DNA of 64,000 nt from Chloroflexota bacterium (GTDB lineage: Bacteria > Chloroflexota > UBA11872 > VXOZ01): NCBI GenBank assembly GCA_963663275.1, contig OY760183.1:928001-992000 (forward strand). The letters run 5' to 3'. Made by a program: the position numbers and the translations under genes. The notes under the pieces are model-generated. The model was given only the letters and a program-made list of their open reading frames with translations, did not search any database and had not been told where the DNA came from. Below, in pieces: positions 22,476 to 32,201 of this stretch (positions are counted from its first letter, which is position 1; every line of letters starts with the position of its first letter).

Positions 22476-23372
22476 ATGGGAAACGACTTTGGATCGGTTG
22501 GCGTGGTCGGCGTGGGCCGCATGGGCGCGAACATCGCCCGCCACCTGCATGACGAGGACTACGCCGTTACCGCCGTGTACGATACGAACGGCCCAGCCGC
22601 CCAGGAACTTGCCGGGGAGATCGGCGCGGAGGCCTGCGGTTCGCTGGCGCAGGTGACCGGCCTGGCCGATACCGTCATCACCGTCGTCACCGACGACCGG
22701 GCGATGTACGCGATCTTCGCGGAAGAGGGCGACAGCTTGCTGCAAGGCGCGGACGGCACGCTCTTCATCAACTGCGCCACCATCACGCCCCAGGTGCACG
22801 TGGACGTGGAAGCCCGCGCGGCGGCGGCCGGCGCGCAAAGCCTGGAGGCCTGCATGGCCAGCAGCATCACCCAGGCGCGCGAGGGCACGCTCTACCTGAT
22901 GTGCGGCGGCGCTGAGGCGGCTTTCGAGCGCGCCCGGCCGCTGCTGGATACGATGAGCGTCTCGCTGCGCTACGTCGGCGCCGCCGGCACGGCCGCCCAG
23001 GTGAAGGCGCTGGTGAACATGGTGATGAACATCAACACGGCGGGTCTGGCCGAGGGCCTGGGCCTGGGCGAGGCGCTGGGACTGGATAGCGGGATGCTGC
23101 AAGAGGTGTTTTCCCAGACCGGCGCGAACTCGCGGGTGCTGGAAACCGACGGCGAGGACATGGAAGCCCGCGACCACGAGTGCTACTTCTCCGCGGCCCA
23201 CGCCTCCAAGGACTCCGGCATCGCGCTGGATCTGGCGGACGCCGCCGGCCTTGCCCTGCCGCTGGCCAAGGCGACGAAAGCCCAGTACGACCGGATGATC
23301 GACATGGGCCTGGGCGAACTGGATAAGTCCGGCGTGGCGGAACTGACGTATCCCGGCAGAGGCGGCGCGTAA
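22476..23372 (+). CDS. NAD(P)-dependent beta-hydroxyacid dehydrogenase family oxidoreductase
   Basis: GVVGVGRMG Rossmann motif, G.AAQVKALVN catalytic Lys, KD.GIA. Confidence 0.9.
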   Translation: MGNDFGSVGVVGVGRMGANIARHLHDEDYAVTAVYDTNGPAAQELAGEIGAEACGSLAQVTGLADTVITVVTDDRAMYAIFAEEGDSLLQGADGTLFINCATITPQVHVDVEARAAAAGAQSLEACMASSITQAREGTLYLMCGGAEAAFERARPLLDTMSVSLRYVGAAGTAAQVKALVNMVMNINTAGLAEGLGLGEALGLDSGMLQEVFSQTGANSRVLETDGEDMEARDHECYFSAAHASKDSGIALDLADAAGLALPLAKATKAQYDRMIDMGLGELDKSGVAELTYPGRGGA

Positions 23373-23438
23373 CCGTTGGCGGGGACGCCGCAGTCGTCGG
23401 CGGGGATGCCGCAACCGCTAGCGGAGACGCCGTATCCG

Positions 23439-24065
23439 ATGGTCGCGCAACTGAAGGACAACCTGCTGCTCGTGTTGGGGGCCGTTGCCCTGCTCTGGGC
23501 GGTGGAGGCGGCCAATCTCCTGACGGGGCATCACCTCAACACGTGGGGCATAGTGCCGCGCACCCTCAAGGGACTGCGCGGCATCGCGTTCAGCCCGTTC
23601 CTGCACGCCAATCTCAGCCACCTGCTGGTGAACACGCTGCCGTTTCTGGTGCTGGGCGGGCTGGTGGCCGTGCGCGGCCGGCGGGCGTTCCTGGGCGCGT
23701 CGCTCGTGATCATCCTCTGCGGCGGCGCGGCGGTATGGCTTGTGGGCCGGATGGGCTACCACATTGGCGCCAGCGGCCTCATCTTCGGGTACTTCGGCTA
23801 CCTGGTGGCGCGCGCCTGGTACGAGCGCAGCCTGGGGTCGATTCTCATCGCCCTGGTTACTCTGTTCTTCTACGGCGGCCTGGTGTGGGGTGTGCTGCCC
23901 ACCAACGCCTATATCTCCTGGGAAGGCCATCTCTTTGGCTTGCTGGCCGGCATTCTCGCCGCCCGCTTGCAGGGGGCAAAGGCCAGGAAGAGCAACCGGT
24001 CCGACGATAACCGGCCAAACGAGAATTGGCCTGACGAGTACCGGCGGATGCGGGCATCCAATTGA
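23439..24065 (+). CDS. Rhomboid family intramembrane serine protease
   Basis: FLHA...HL..N, HIGASG, SWEGHLFG. Confidence 0.9.
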   Translation: MVAQLKDNLLLVLGAVALLWAVEAANLLTGHHLNTWGIVPRTLKGLRGIAFSPFLHANLSHLLVNTLPFLVLGGLVAVRGRRAFLGASLVIILCGGAAVWLVGRMGYHIGASGLIFGYFGYLVARAWYERSLGSILIALVTLFFYGGLVWGVLPTNAYISWEGHLFGLLAGILAARLQGAKARKSNRSDDNRPNENWPDEYRRMRASN

Positions 24066-24141
24066 GCGCCGCCAGCCAGCCTGTGCTACCCTCGATGCTG
24101 CAGCCGCCCCGCCGGGACGCGAACAGTCCCCTCTCCCGCTG

Positions 24142-24300
24142 CTGATAGGGGTATGTAAATGTCATTCCGAGCGGAGCGTCGAACAAGGTTCGCGGAATCT
24201 AGAGATGCTGGTTTTGCAGGGCTGCGTTTTAGATTCCTCACTCCGCTGCGCTCCGTTCGGAATGACACGTGAAGTCGATCATAGAATACATCCCCTATCC
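24142..24300. mobile_element. MITE-like element family 2, copy 3 (variant TIRs)
   Basis: Left CTGATAGGGGTATGTA, right TACATCCCCTATC; same internal REP pair; flanked by CCCTCTCCC...GGGAGAGGG. Confidence 0.7.
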
Positions 24301-24421
24301 CCTCTCCCTCAGGGAGAGGGTGAGGGTGAAAGCTGGGGGCAGAATCGTGAAGAGCGAACGCGGGCGGCGCCGCGCTCGATAGCGCATACACATACACGCA
24401 AGCGAAAAGCGAGCAACGAGC

Positions 24422-25597
24422 ATGGATGAAATTCGCATCGGCCTGGTCGGACTCGGTCATCGCGGCCTGCACTGGCTGCGCATCCTGGAACGCATCGAGG
24501 GCTACCGCGTCACGGCGCTGTGCGATCCGATCGCCGCGCTGCACCAACGCGCGCTGGACGCCCTGGAGTCCCGCGATGGCGTGAACGCCTACGCCAACTA
24601 CGAAGACATGCTGGGCGATTCCCGCGTGGACGCGGTGGCCGTGACCGTGCGCTGCCGGGAGCAAGGCGCGCTGGCGGCCATGGCGCTGGAGGCCGGCAAG
24701 CACGTGAATAGCGAGGTGCCGGCGGCGCACACCCTGGAGGATTGCTGGCGCATCGTGCTGGCGCAGGAGCGGTCGGGCCTGGTCTACCAGCTTGGCGAGC
24801 AGACCCGCTTCTGGGGCTACATCGACGCCTGGCGGGACCTCGTGCAGGCGGGTCGGCTGGGCCGCGTCACGTTCTGCGAGGGGCAGTACATCGGCTACTA
24901 CGGCACGCGCCAGTTCTTCCAGAATCCCGCTTCAGGCGAGTTTGCGGCGGTGGAAGACCTGCCGGACAAGCCGGACGCGCGGCCGACCTGGCTCCACACC
25001 ATGCCGCCGATTCATTACCTGCCCCACGAACTCAGCCCGCTCCTGAAAGTGCTGGACGACCGGGTGGTGAGCGTGACCGCCATGAGCACCGGCGCGCCCA
25101 GCTACTCGCACCCGGAGATCGGCCAGCCGGACGTGCAGGCGGCGCTGATGAAAACGGAAAAAGACGCCATCCTGCGGCTGGTCTGCGGCTTCACCCAGCC
25201 GGTCTCCCACGGCATGGGCCACCACTGGTTCCATATCGCGGGCACGAACGGGGTGCTGGAATGGAAGCGCAGCGGCGGCGGCAAACCGCTGATGTGGCTG
25301 GCCGACGGCCAGATGCACGACATGGCGGAGATGGACTGGGGCCACGCCCGCACCGACGCGCCACCCGCCGCCCGCGGCAGCGGCCACGGCGACGCCGACT
25401 ACTACGTCCACGCGTCCTTCCGCGACGCCGTCCTCGGCAAAACCCCACTCGAATTCGACGTCTACCAAGCCATCGACACCGCCGCCCCCGCCATCCTCGC
25501 CGCCGACTCGATAGAACAGGGGACTACGCTGCTGGAGGTCCCCAACTTCCGCCCGGGCCCAGAGCGGCAGAAAGGCGAAATGCCTAGCAAAGAGTGA
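24422..25597 (+). CDS. Gfo/Idh/MocA family oxidoreductase
   Basis: IGLVGLGHRG, ALEAGKHVNSEVP, GHGDAD. Confidence 0.9.
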   Translation: MDEIRIGLVGLGHRGLHWLRILERIEGYRVTALCDPIAALHQRALDALESRDGVNAYANYEDMLGDSRVDAVAVTVRCREQGALAAMALEAGKHVNSEVPAAHTLEDCWRIVLAQERSGLVYQLGEQTRFWGYIDAWRDLVQAGRLGRVTFCEGQYIGYYGTRQFFQNPASGEFAAVEDLPDKPDARPTWLHTMPPIHYLPHELSPLLKVLDDRVVSVTAMSTGAPSYSHPEIGQPDVQAALMKTEKDAILRLVCGFTQPVSHGMGHHWFHIAGTNGVLEWKRSGGGKPLMWLADGQMHDMAEMDWGHARTDAPPAARGSGHGDADYYVHASFRDAVLGKTPLEFDVYQAIDTAAPAILAADSIEQGTTLLEVPNFRPGPERQKGEMPSKE

Positions 25598-25806
25598 TAG
25601 GCAAGTGGATGCAGAATGTGCCTTCAGTCCAACGGGCGCATTTTGCAGCGCGGGACTGGCAGGCAATATACTGACGTAGTAGGCGTGAAGCGAGCAAAGA
25701 GCAGCGTGCGCTTGATATTCTCTTGAGACCACGCATCGACAGTGGCTGGATTGTCACCGGTCTCTCTTCAAAAACCTATCAAGTTTCGCGCGTGAGGAGA
25801 CGTCGC

Positions 25807-26721
25807 TTGAGCGTTCCACACCCGATACCGTATCAGGGCAGCAAGCGGTCGATCGCGCGGTTCATCTTGCCGTATTTTCCCGCAGACGACTCAAACGTGA
25901 GACTGATAGAGCCTTTTGCGGGTTCAGCGGCTATATCGCTAGCGGCGGCGCATGACCGCAAGGCGCAAGACATCGTGCTCAACGATGTCAACAGCGCCCT
26001 CATGAGCCTGTGGGAGGAGATACTGTTGCGCCCCGATGCGCTGGCAGATCGGTATGAAGAGTTTTGGCATGCCCAGCTTGGACGTGAGAGAGAATACTAC
26101 AATCGCATTCGAAGCAGGTTCAATGAGTCTCCCAGTCCGGACTGCTTCCTGTACCTGCTTGCTCGCTGCGTGAAAGCCTCCATACGCTACAACGCGAATG
26201 GAGAGTTCAATCAAAGCCCCGACAACCGCAGAAAGGGCGCTCATCCCGCAACCATGCGACGGCACCTGATCGGCGCTTCGTTGCTGCTTAACGGTAGGAC
26301 GGCTCTTACATGCGGTGACTATCGAGAAGTGCTTGGCAACCTCTTGCCTTCAGATCTTGTCTACATGGATCCCCCTTATCAAGGGGTGTCCAATGACCGC
26401 GATCCGCGTTACGTGGAGGGCATTGATCGGGATGAGTTCATAGAGACGTTGAGCAACCTCAATCGGCGAGAGACCTCGTACATCGTCAGCTACGACGGTA
26501 GAAGTAGCGAAAAGAGTTACGGCGAAATACTGCCGAAATCCTTGCGGTTGACGCGCCTGGAGATCGATGCCGGCCGGTCGTCTCAGGGAACGCTGCTCGG
26601 CAGAGCGACGAAGACGTATGAGTCGCTCTACTTATCACCCGCCTTGTTCAACAGAATTGACATCACCGCATCCAGCCAACCACAGGCTTTTTCTAAGCAA
26701 CTTTCCTTGTCAGGAAGTTGA
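25807..26721 (+). CDS. DNA adenine methyltransferase (Dam/D12-like, alpha group)
   Basis: PYQGSKR, EPFAGSAA (motif I), LNDVN, VYMDPPY (motif IV); TTG start 25807 after GAGGAG. Confidence 0.92.
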   Translation: MSVPHPIPYQGSKRSIARFILPYFPADDSNVRLIEPFAGSAAISLAAAHDRKAQDIVLNDVNSALMSLWEEILLRPDALADRYEEFWHAQLGREREYYNRIRSRFNESPSPDCFLYLLARCVKASIRYNANGEFNQSPDNRRKGAHPATMRRHLIGASLLLNGRTALTCGDYREVLGNLLPSDLVYMDPPYQGVSNDRDPRYVEGIDRDEFIETLSNLNRRETSYIVSYDGRSSEKSYGEILPKSLRLTRLEIDAGRSSQGTLLGRATKTYESLYLSPALFNRIDITASSQPQAFSKQLSLSGS

Positions 26722-26722
26722 G

Positions 26723-27460
26723 ATGCCGGATACAGATTACCCGAAAGCGTTTCTCGAGCGGCTCAAGTCGGTCACGGGCAGACGTGCGAGAACCGTAATC
26801 GACCACATTCTTGAGCATGGACACATCACAACCGAAGAACTAGAGGTTCTCTACGGCTATAACCATCCGCCGCGAGCGGCCCGCGACGTGCGCGAGAACG
26901 GTATCCCGCTTGAGACGTTCTACGTGCAAAACTCAGAGGGGCAAAGAATAGCCGCATATCGCTTTGGGGACCTTGGGCTCCTTGAAGCAGGAAAACTCGG
27001 CGGTCGCAGAACTTTCTCAAAGGAATTTAAGGATAGGCTTCTTGAAGAGAATGAGAACAGGTGCGCCATTTGTCTGGAAAAGTATGAATCAAGATACCTG
27101 CAAATAGACCATCGGATTCCTTTCGAGGTGGTCGGAGATTCCGATGCGGAGGAGAGACAGGCGGATGCATACATGCTGGTGTGCGGTTCCTGCAACCGAG
27201 CAAAGTCATGGTCGTGCGAGCATTGCGATAACTGGCGAACCATAAAGAAGCCGGACAACTGCGCTTCTTGCTATTGGGCCAGCCCTGAATCGTACTCCCA
27301 CGTGGCGCTTGAAGCGGATCGCAGGATCGATATTGCCTGGAAGGGAGACGAGGTTGATGACTTTGACCGCACTTCCCAAATTGCCGAGAAAGAGGGAGTG
27401 ACGACGCCGGAATATGTGAAGAAGATCATCAGAGAGCATGTTGGCAAGCGTAAAGCGTGA
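26723..27460 (+). CDS. HNH endonuclease, probable type II restriction enzyme
   Basis: CAIC...LQIDHRIP...CGSCNRAK plus extra CxxC pairs; starts 1 nt after the MTase stop. Confidence 0.85.
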   Translation: MPDTDYPKAFLERLKSVTGRRARTVIDHILEHGHITTEELEVLYGYNHPPRAARDVRENGIPLETFYVQNSEGQRIAAYRFGDLGLLEAGKLGGRRTFSKEFKDRLLEENENRCAICLEKYESRYLQIDHRIPFEVVGDSDAEERQADAYMLVCGSCNRAKSWSCEHCDNWRTIKKPDNCASCYWASPESYSHVALEADRRIDIAWKGDEVDDFDRTSQIAEKEGVTTPEYVKKIIREHVGKRKA

Positions 27461-27609
27461 TCCCAGGCTTTCCGGTGCTGTCACACTCGTGCCATTGTCG
27501 CTCGCAATGCCTGTCCCGTCCCCAACTTCTGTCACGGCGATAAGCGTAGGAAGAAGCACTGCCAAGGATAGCGCGATTTGAAACGGTAGGTTTGGTCATT
27601 TATACAAGT

Positions 27610-28071
27610 CTATGTATTAGAATTGACCGTCACTGGTTCTTTGCTTGCGCGCCGTACGATTTGCCGAAACGCTTCGTGCTCTTCAGTCTTGAGGTATCGC
27701 CAAGACTGAGGGACAACAAAACTGTCAAAGAGTTCGCGTAGCACACTAAGCCCAATTGGTTCCTCGTATTCCCAGACATCTTTGATTTCCAAAGCGTGCG
27801 CAGTGGACTGTCCCTCGAAGTAGGTATCGAAGTCCTCCTTGTCAATTGCCGCAAGACCATGTACGCTTCGCCAAACTTCCTCTGGTGGTCCTGACCACAC
27901 TTGCCCCACTCGAAAACCTCCGCGCAGTTCCATAGTTGGACTGGAAACGTAAATGAACACATAGCTGTTCTCTATCTGGGACACAATACGACGCCGGAGT
28001 TCGACCTTCTTCTCGCCTTCGAACACTAGGTCGGCATAGTGTGGCTTTAGAGAGATGAATAGTGGTCTCAT
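27610..28071 (-). CDS. ASCH (PUA-like) domain protein
   Basis: ISLKP.YA..VFEGEKKVELRR, FIYVSSP, PQSWRY. Confidence 0.88.
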   Translation of the reverse strand: MRPLFISLKPHYADLVFEGEKKVELRRRIVSQIENSYVFIYVSSPTMELRGGFRVGQVWSGPPEEVWRSVHGLAAIDKEDFDTYFEGQSTAHALEIKDVWEYEEPIGLSVLRELFDSFVVPQSWRYLKTEEHEAFRQIVRRASKEPVTVNSNT

Positions 28072-28078
28072 TGTGGTG

Positions 28079-30091
28079 CTAGTGGTGCGGATACCCTAAC
28101 TGAAACAACTCTTGGAAGATTTCCGGTGACATTTTTGATGGCCCTTGCAGGTTTACACCTCTTCCATGACCTTCGTAGACCGCTCTGATCCTGCTTAACG
28201 GAATTCGTTCTCGAAAGAGGAACGTGTGAGAGAATTGAAGCGCCATCAGTTTTGTTGACATATTACGATTACACATCTCATAGAGGTTATTCCATTCAAG
28301 CACACCGAATCTCTTGAATCTCCTCCAAAGTTCTTTGGGTGTGTCTATCGTAACTTGGTCAAGGCGAGACACGGCAATTACTTGCTTTTGATCGCTTACG
28401 TACCAGAGAAGGCGTGCTGGGGGTCTAAGCATCCTATGGAATGTATTCGCGCGATAGTAAACGTTGCTCCAACGCAGCAATACGGTAATGTCTGCTCCGA
28501 AGAGATCATTAGCTGACCGCTGTCTGTCAAATAAGTGGAGTGCATAAGCGGGGCGGATTGGTATAAGGAAGTGGTTCTGCTCTAGGGCAAGAGACAAGGG
28601 TGAGCAATGTGTTTCTAGCTCCAAGTCACACATTGCTTCGTATTCTGTTCTTGATTCTGGTGAAAGTTCTGCAATCCGCTCCAGTGCCTCAGAACGGCTT
28701 AGGGAGCTTGAGAAGCAGAACCTTACGAGTCCATCGGCACGTGAAGTAAAACCCATCTCCAAGAGTTCTGGCATTAGGAAGGGTGAGACTGACGATGCAC
28801 TAACTTCAACAACATCCTGATTCAATTCCACGGCCTTGGCAAGAGTATCTGCAATCAAGAATCTACCGAAAAGAGTTCGGTTCGTCGAATTCGCTACTCT
28901 GGCCAGGGGTAAGCTAATGGTCCCAGGTGAGTCATTCCGTATGGTTCGGACGATGGCAACATCGTCACCATCTTTCAGCAACTCGCACGTATAACGATCA
29001 GGACTGGCGAGGAAGCGTCCCAAGACCTCCCTAAATCTTCGTTGCTGTTCTCCTTCATTGAGAAAAGAGTCGTGCGGAAAAGAGCGAAAGTCCTCTTGCT
29101 TGAAGCGATGCCATCCAAGACGAAGACCGGCGACTCGGTCAGGACTGTAGGACTGCGCTTCAGTAAGCTGGTGCATCTGGACTATCAACTCGGTTGGAGA
29201 CAGAACCTGGAGGTTTACTAAGTGAGCGATTGCTGGCGCTTTTTTCAACAAGCCTTGATCCCTGGTGACAAAGATGTTCACGTCGGAAGCGGCTGCCTTT
29301 GCCAAATGCCTGATGTCGGATTCTCGACTGGGGTTGTTGCTGGGCAGGACTTGCTTCAAACGGTTAGCACAGTACTCGACCATGTCCAGCTTTGGCTGAA
29401 CTTGCAGGAACTTTTCAGTTCTTGCTCGGTTTAGACCTCTCTGTTCAGGGTCGTCATTGCGATCAATCTCGTTGAGTAACTCATCGGTGATGCAAAGGTT
29501 TAGTGAATCGATCAGGAAGTCAGCAAGCAGCGCCTTAGATGTCGCTGTCTCTCCACTGTCCGGCTCGAAAAAGTGGTAGAACACTTGGGCGTCGATGATG
29601 ACGTCAAGAGCCTCGTCTGAAGTCTGCGCCTTGAACAACTCTAATTCCGGCTGATGATCTGAATGTAAGGCGAGATGCCAATGTGTCAAAAGGTGTCCAG
29701 CCATGGAACGCCCTGGCTTCTCGCCAATAGCTACAAAGCCCAATTTCGGCCACATGTCATTTGCAGGAAAGTCGCGACGGCAATTAAGATCTATGGCGGT
29801 TTGCGTATTGGCGGAGTCCTTTAGCCTCTCAAGGAGTTGCCTCGCGATACCCCTGCCTCTGAAATCTTCCGATACACAGAGTTGTGTAATGCGAAAACGT
29901 TGAGAATTGGACCAGTAGAGAAGGTAACCAGCTAGATTATCGTCAACCTTAGCGCCCAGCACGCCGCCCCTATCCAGGTGATCACGGAGAGCTTCAGCCG
30001 GCAGAAAGCCGAGAGTCTGGCTGTGGCGCTTCATTAGGGTATCTACCGCAGCCAGGTCGGCGATCGTTAGCTTTGAGAACCCTACTTGCAT
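28079..30091 (-). CDS. GNAT acetyltransferase - PIN - ASCH/EVE-like multidomain protein
   Basis: LCVSEDFRGRGIA (GNAT); VIIDAQV, E, D.RHLA, FVTRD (PIN); FLIPIRP.YA..LF, NVYYR, LLWYVS (PUA-like). Confidence 0.82.
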   Translation of the reverse strand: MQVGFSKLTIADLAAVDTLMKRHSQTLGFLPAEALRDHLDRGGVLGAKVDDNLAGYLLYWSNSQRFRITQLCVSEDFRGRGIARQLLERLKDSANTQTAIDLNCRRDFPANDMWPKLGFVAIGEKPGRSMAGHLLTHWHLALHSDHQPELELFKAQTSDEALDVIIDAQVFYHFFEPDSGETATSKALLADFLIDSLNLCITDELLNEIDRNDDPEQRGLNRARTEKFLQVQPKLDMVEYCANRLKQVLPSNNPSRESDIRHLAKAAASDVNIFVTRDQGLLKKAPAIAHLVNLQVLSPTELIVQMHQLTEAQSYSPDRVAGLRLGWHRFKQEDFRSFPHDSFLNEGEQQRRFREVLGRFLASPDRYTCELLKDGDDVAIVRTIRNDSPGTISLPLARVANSTNRTLFGRFLIADTLAKAVELNQDVVEVSASSVSPFLMPELLEMGFTSRADGLVRFCFSSSLSRSEALERIAELSPESRTEYEAMCDLELETHCSPLSLALEQNHFLIPIRPAYALHLFDRQRSANDLFGADITVLLRWSNVYYRANTFHRMLRPPARLLWYVSDQKQVIAVSRLDQVTIDTPKELWRRFKRFGVLEWNNLYEMCNRNMSTKLMALQFSHTFLFRERIPLSRIRAVYEGHGRGVNLQGPSKMSPEIFQELFQLGYPHH

Positions 30092-30224
30092 ATCACCCTA
30101 GTTTCTGTTCACCCTATACGCATGAATGTAGCGACCATGTATTCGCTATTATGCCCCATTCAACCGCTTTGTACTGCTGCATCAAGGTCTAGGACTACAC
30201 TTCCATTGGGGTTCTCTTGCAAAC

Positions 30225-31439
30225 TCAATCGGCCACCTTACCAAATCTCCGTTTGCCGACTTGGAAGATTTGGCCCGCTTTGGGGGTGTAGGGGGTGTTG
30301 GTGTCGGTGACGCGGGTGTTGTCCAGGCGGACGGCGCCTTGTTGGACCAGGCGGCGGGCTTCGGAGCGGCTTTTCGCGAGGTTAGTGGCGATAAGGGCGT
30401 CCACGATGGTTTGGGACTGGAGCAGGGCGTCGTTTAGGGGGATTTCCGGGATGTCGGTTGGTAAAGCGCCCTGGCGGAACATGCGGATGAACTCGGCCTC
30501 GGCGGACTCAGCGGCGGCGGCATCGTGGAACTGGGTCACGATTTCGCGGGCGAGTTGGGCTTTCACGTCGCGGGGATTCTTTTTCTCCGCAGCCATCTCC
30601 GCAAACATCTCATCCAGCGAAGCCATAGGAATGTCCGTCAGCGTCTCGAAGTAGGCGCGCATCACGTCGTCGGAGAGCGACATCACCTTGCCGTACATGT
30701 CGTGCGGCGGGTCGGTGATCGCCACGTAGTTATCGTAGCTCTTGCTCATCTTGCGCGTGCCGTCGGTGCCCACCAGCAGCGGCCAAGTGAGGAACTGCTG
30801 CGGCGGCAGGCCGTGGGCGGGCATGATGTCGCGGGCCACCTGGAAGTTGAAATACTGGTCGGTGCCGCCCAGTTCCACGTCGGCCTCGATGGCCACCGAA
30901 TCGTACGCTTGCAGCAGGGGATATAAAAATTCCACCACGGAGACGGCTTGGCCGCCGCCGTAGCGGGTGGCGAAGTCGTCGCGGTCCAGCATACGGTTCA
31001 CCGTGTACTTGGCGCAGAGGCGCACCACGTCTTCCAGGGCGAAATCCTCGAACCACGCGGTCTGCCAGGCGATTTCCAGCTTGTCCACGTCCACGATTTT
31101 GCCCATCTGGTCCAGATACGTCTGGGCGTTGGCCTGCACCTCAGCGGCGCTGAGCATCTGGCGCGTGGCGGAGCGGCCCGACGGATCGCCGATGCGGGCG
31201 GTCCAGTCGCCGATGATGATGATCACGCGATGCCCCAACGCCTGGAACTGCCGGATTTTGCGGAAGCCCACCGCGTGGCCCAGGTGCAGGTCGGGCCGGC
31301 TGGGGTCCACGCCGAACTTGATGCGCAGGGGCTTGCCCGCCCGCAGCATGCGTTCCAGGTCGTCCCGCACCACCGCGTCCACCACGCCGCGGCTCAGCAG
31401 GGTTTGCAGGGCCGCCTCCGAAGTCTGTACCGTCGCCAT
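30225..31439 (-). CDS. tyrS: Tyrosine--tRNA ligase
   Basis: FGVDPS.PDLHLGH, IGDPSG, LYPLLQAYD, GGTDQ, KMSKS, S4 domain ending VGKRRF. Confidence 0.97.
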   Translation of the reverse strand: MATVQTSEAALQTLLSRGVVDAVVRDDLERMLRAGKPLRIKFGVDPSRPDLHLGHAVGFRKIRQFQALGHRVIIIIGDWTARIGDPSGRSATRQMLSAAEVQANAQTYLDQMGKIVDVDKLEIAWQTAWFEDFALEDVVRLCAKYTVNRMLDRDDFATRYGGGQAVSVVEFLYPLLQAYDSVAIEADVELGGTDQYFNFQVARDIMPAHGLPPQQFLTWPLLVGTDGTRKMSKSYDNYVAITDPPHDMYGKVMSLSDDVMRAYFETLTDIPMASLDEMFAEMAAEKKNPRDVKAQLAREIVTQFHDAAAAESAEAEFIRMFRQGALPTDIPEIPLNDALLQSQTIVDALIATNLAKSRSEARRLVQQGAVRLDNTRVTDTNTPYTPKAGQIFQVGKRRFGKVAD

Positions 31440-32201
31440 CGCTCACTCCTCAAGATTGTGTGAAAGTCCGGTAAATGCTGTCGATGCCGTCTGGGTTTCA
31501 GATGCGATTATATACCGCGCGTGGGGATCGGACTCCCGGCGGCCAACCATCGCGCCACGCGCAGCCGGTCCCGGCCGCTTCGCGCTCGCGGGAGCGCCGG
31601 CCAAGGCGCAAGCCCGGCAGTCGAATGAGCGGTACCGGGTGAATAGCGCCAATGCAGAGAATGGGATTAGCGGCGAGGCGGAATTGCTCGCTTACCTGCG
31701 CCGCGCCGTCAAATGATAGCGGCGCATTGTGCGCCAGGATTGCGCTCATTGGCCTCAAATATCGCATACATGTTGAATATGGTACCATCCAAAATGGCTG
31801 GGAAAGCCGGCTAGGTGCGCACAGCGCAGTGGGTACGCCGCTCAGGGGTAGTGACTGAGTGAGGATTCGGAAGCCGGCCGCGCCGGGACAGTCGTGTTGA
31901 GAGAGGCGTTCGTCATGGTCTTGGTGTCCGCGCGCGGTGGTGTGCACGCCCCGATCCTCCCCGGGCAATCCGGCGCCACGGGTTGTGCTTGGCTACAGGA
32001 TTCCGCGGCAATGAATGGAGACGGCCGGCAGTCTCGGATTATGCGGCGTGGATGAGGCGGTCGTATCGCGGTGATGGAGCGCCGGCCGCGGGTAGAGTGT
32101 TCGCGCCGTTGGAGAGTGTAGGCAGGGCGTGCGGGGTGGCGCGCCCGCCCCTCATCGATAACTTGCGCGGCAAGCCTGACCGAGAGTTGCCGAAATCGTA
32201 G

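Larger units (their letters stand above)
25600..30220. other. Lower-GC accessory (defence-like) island
   Basis: Visibly more A/T than the flanks; RM-like and PIN/ASCH genes between two convergent host-like genes; no integrase seen. Confidence 0.75.

Noticed and set aside
25590-30230. Prophage or integrative element with att sites
   Set aside because: No integrase, transposase or convincing boundary direct repeat was found.
31462-31549. tRNA-Leu-like sequence on + strand upstream of tyrS (TTCAGAT, GGGATCGGACTCCC, terminal ACCA)
   Set aside because: Acceptor and anticodon stems do not pair and the T-loop is non-canonical; it overlaps the likely tyrS -10 (TATAAT, 31507-31512 minus). At most a ghost; tRNAscan-SE would settle it.
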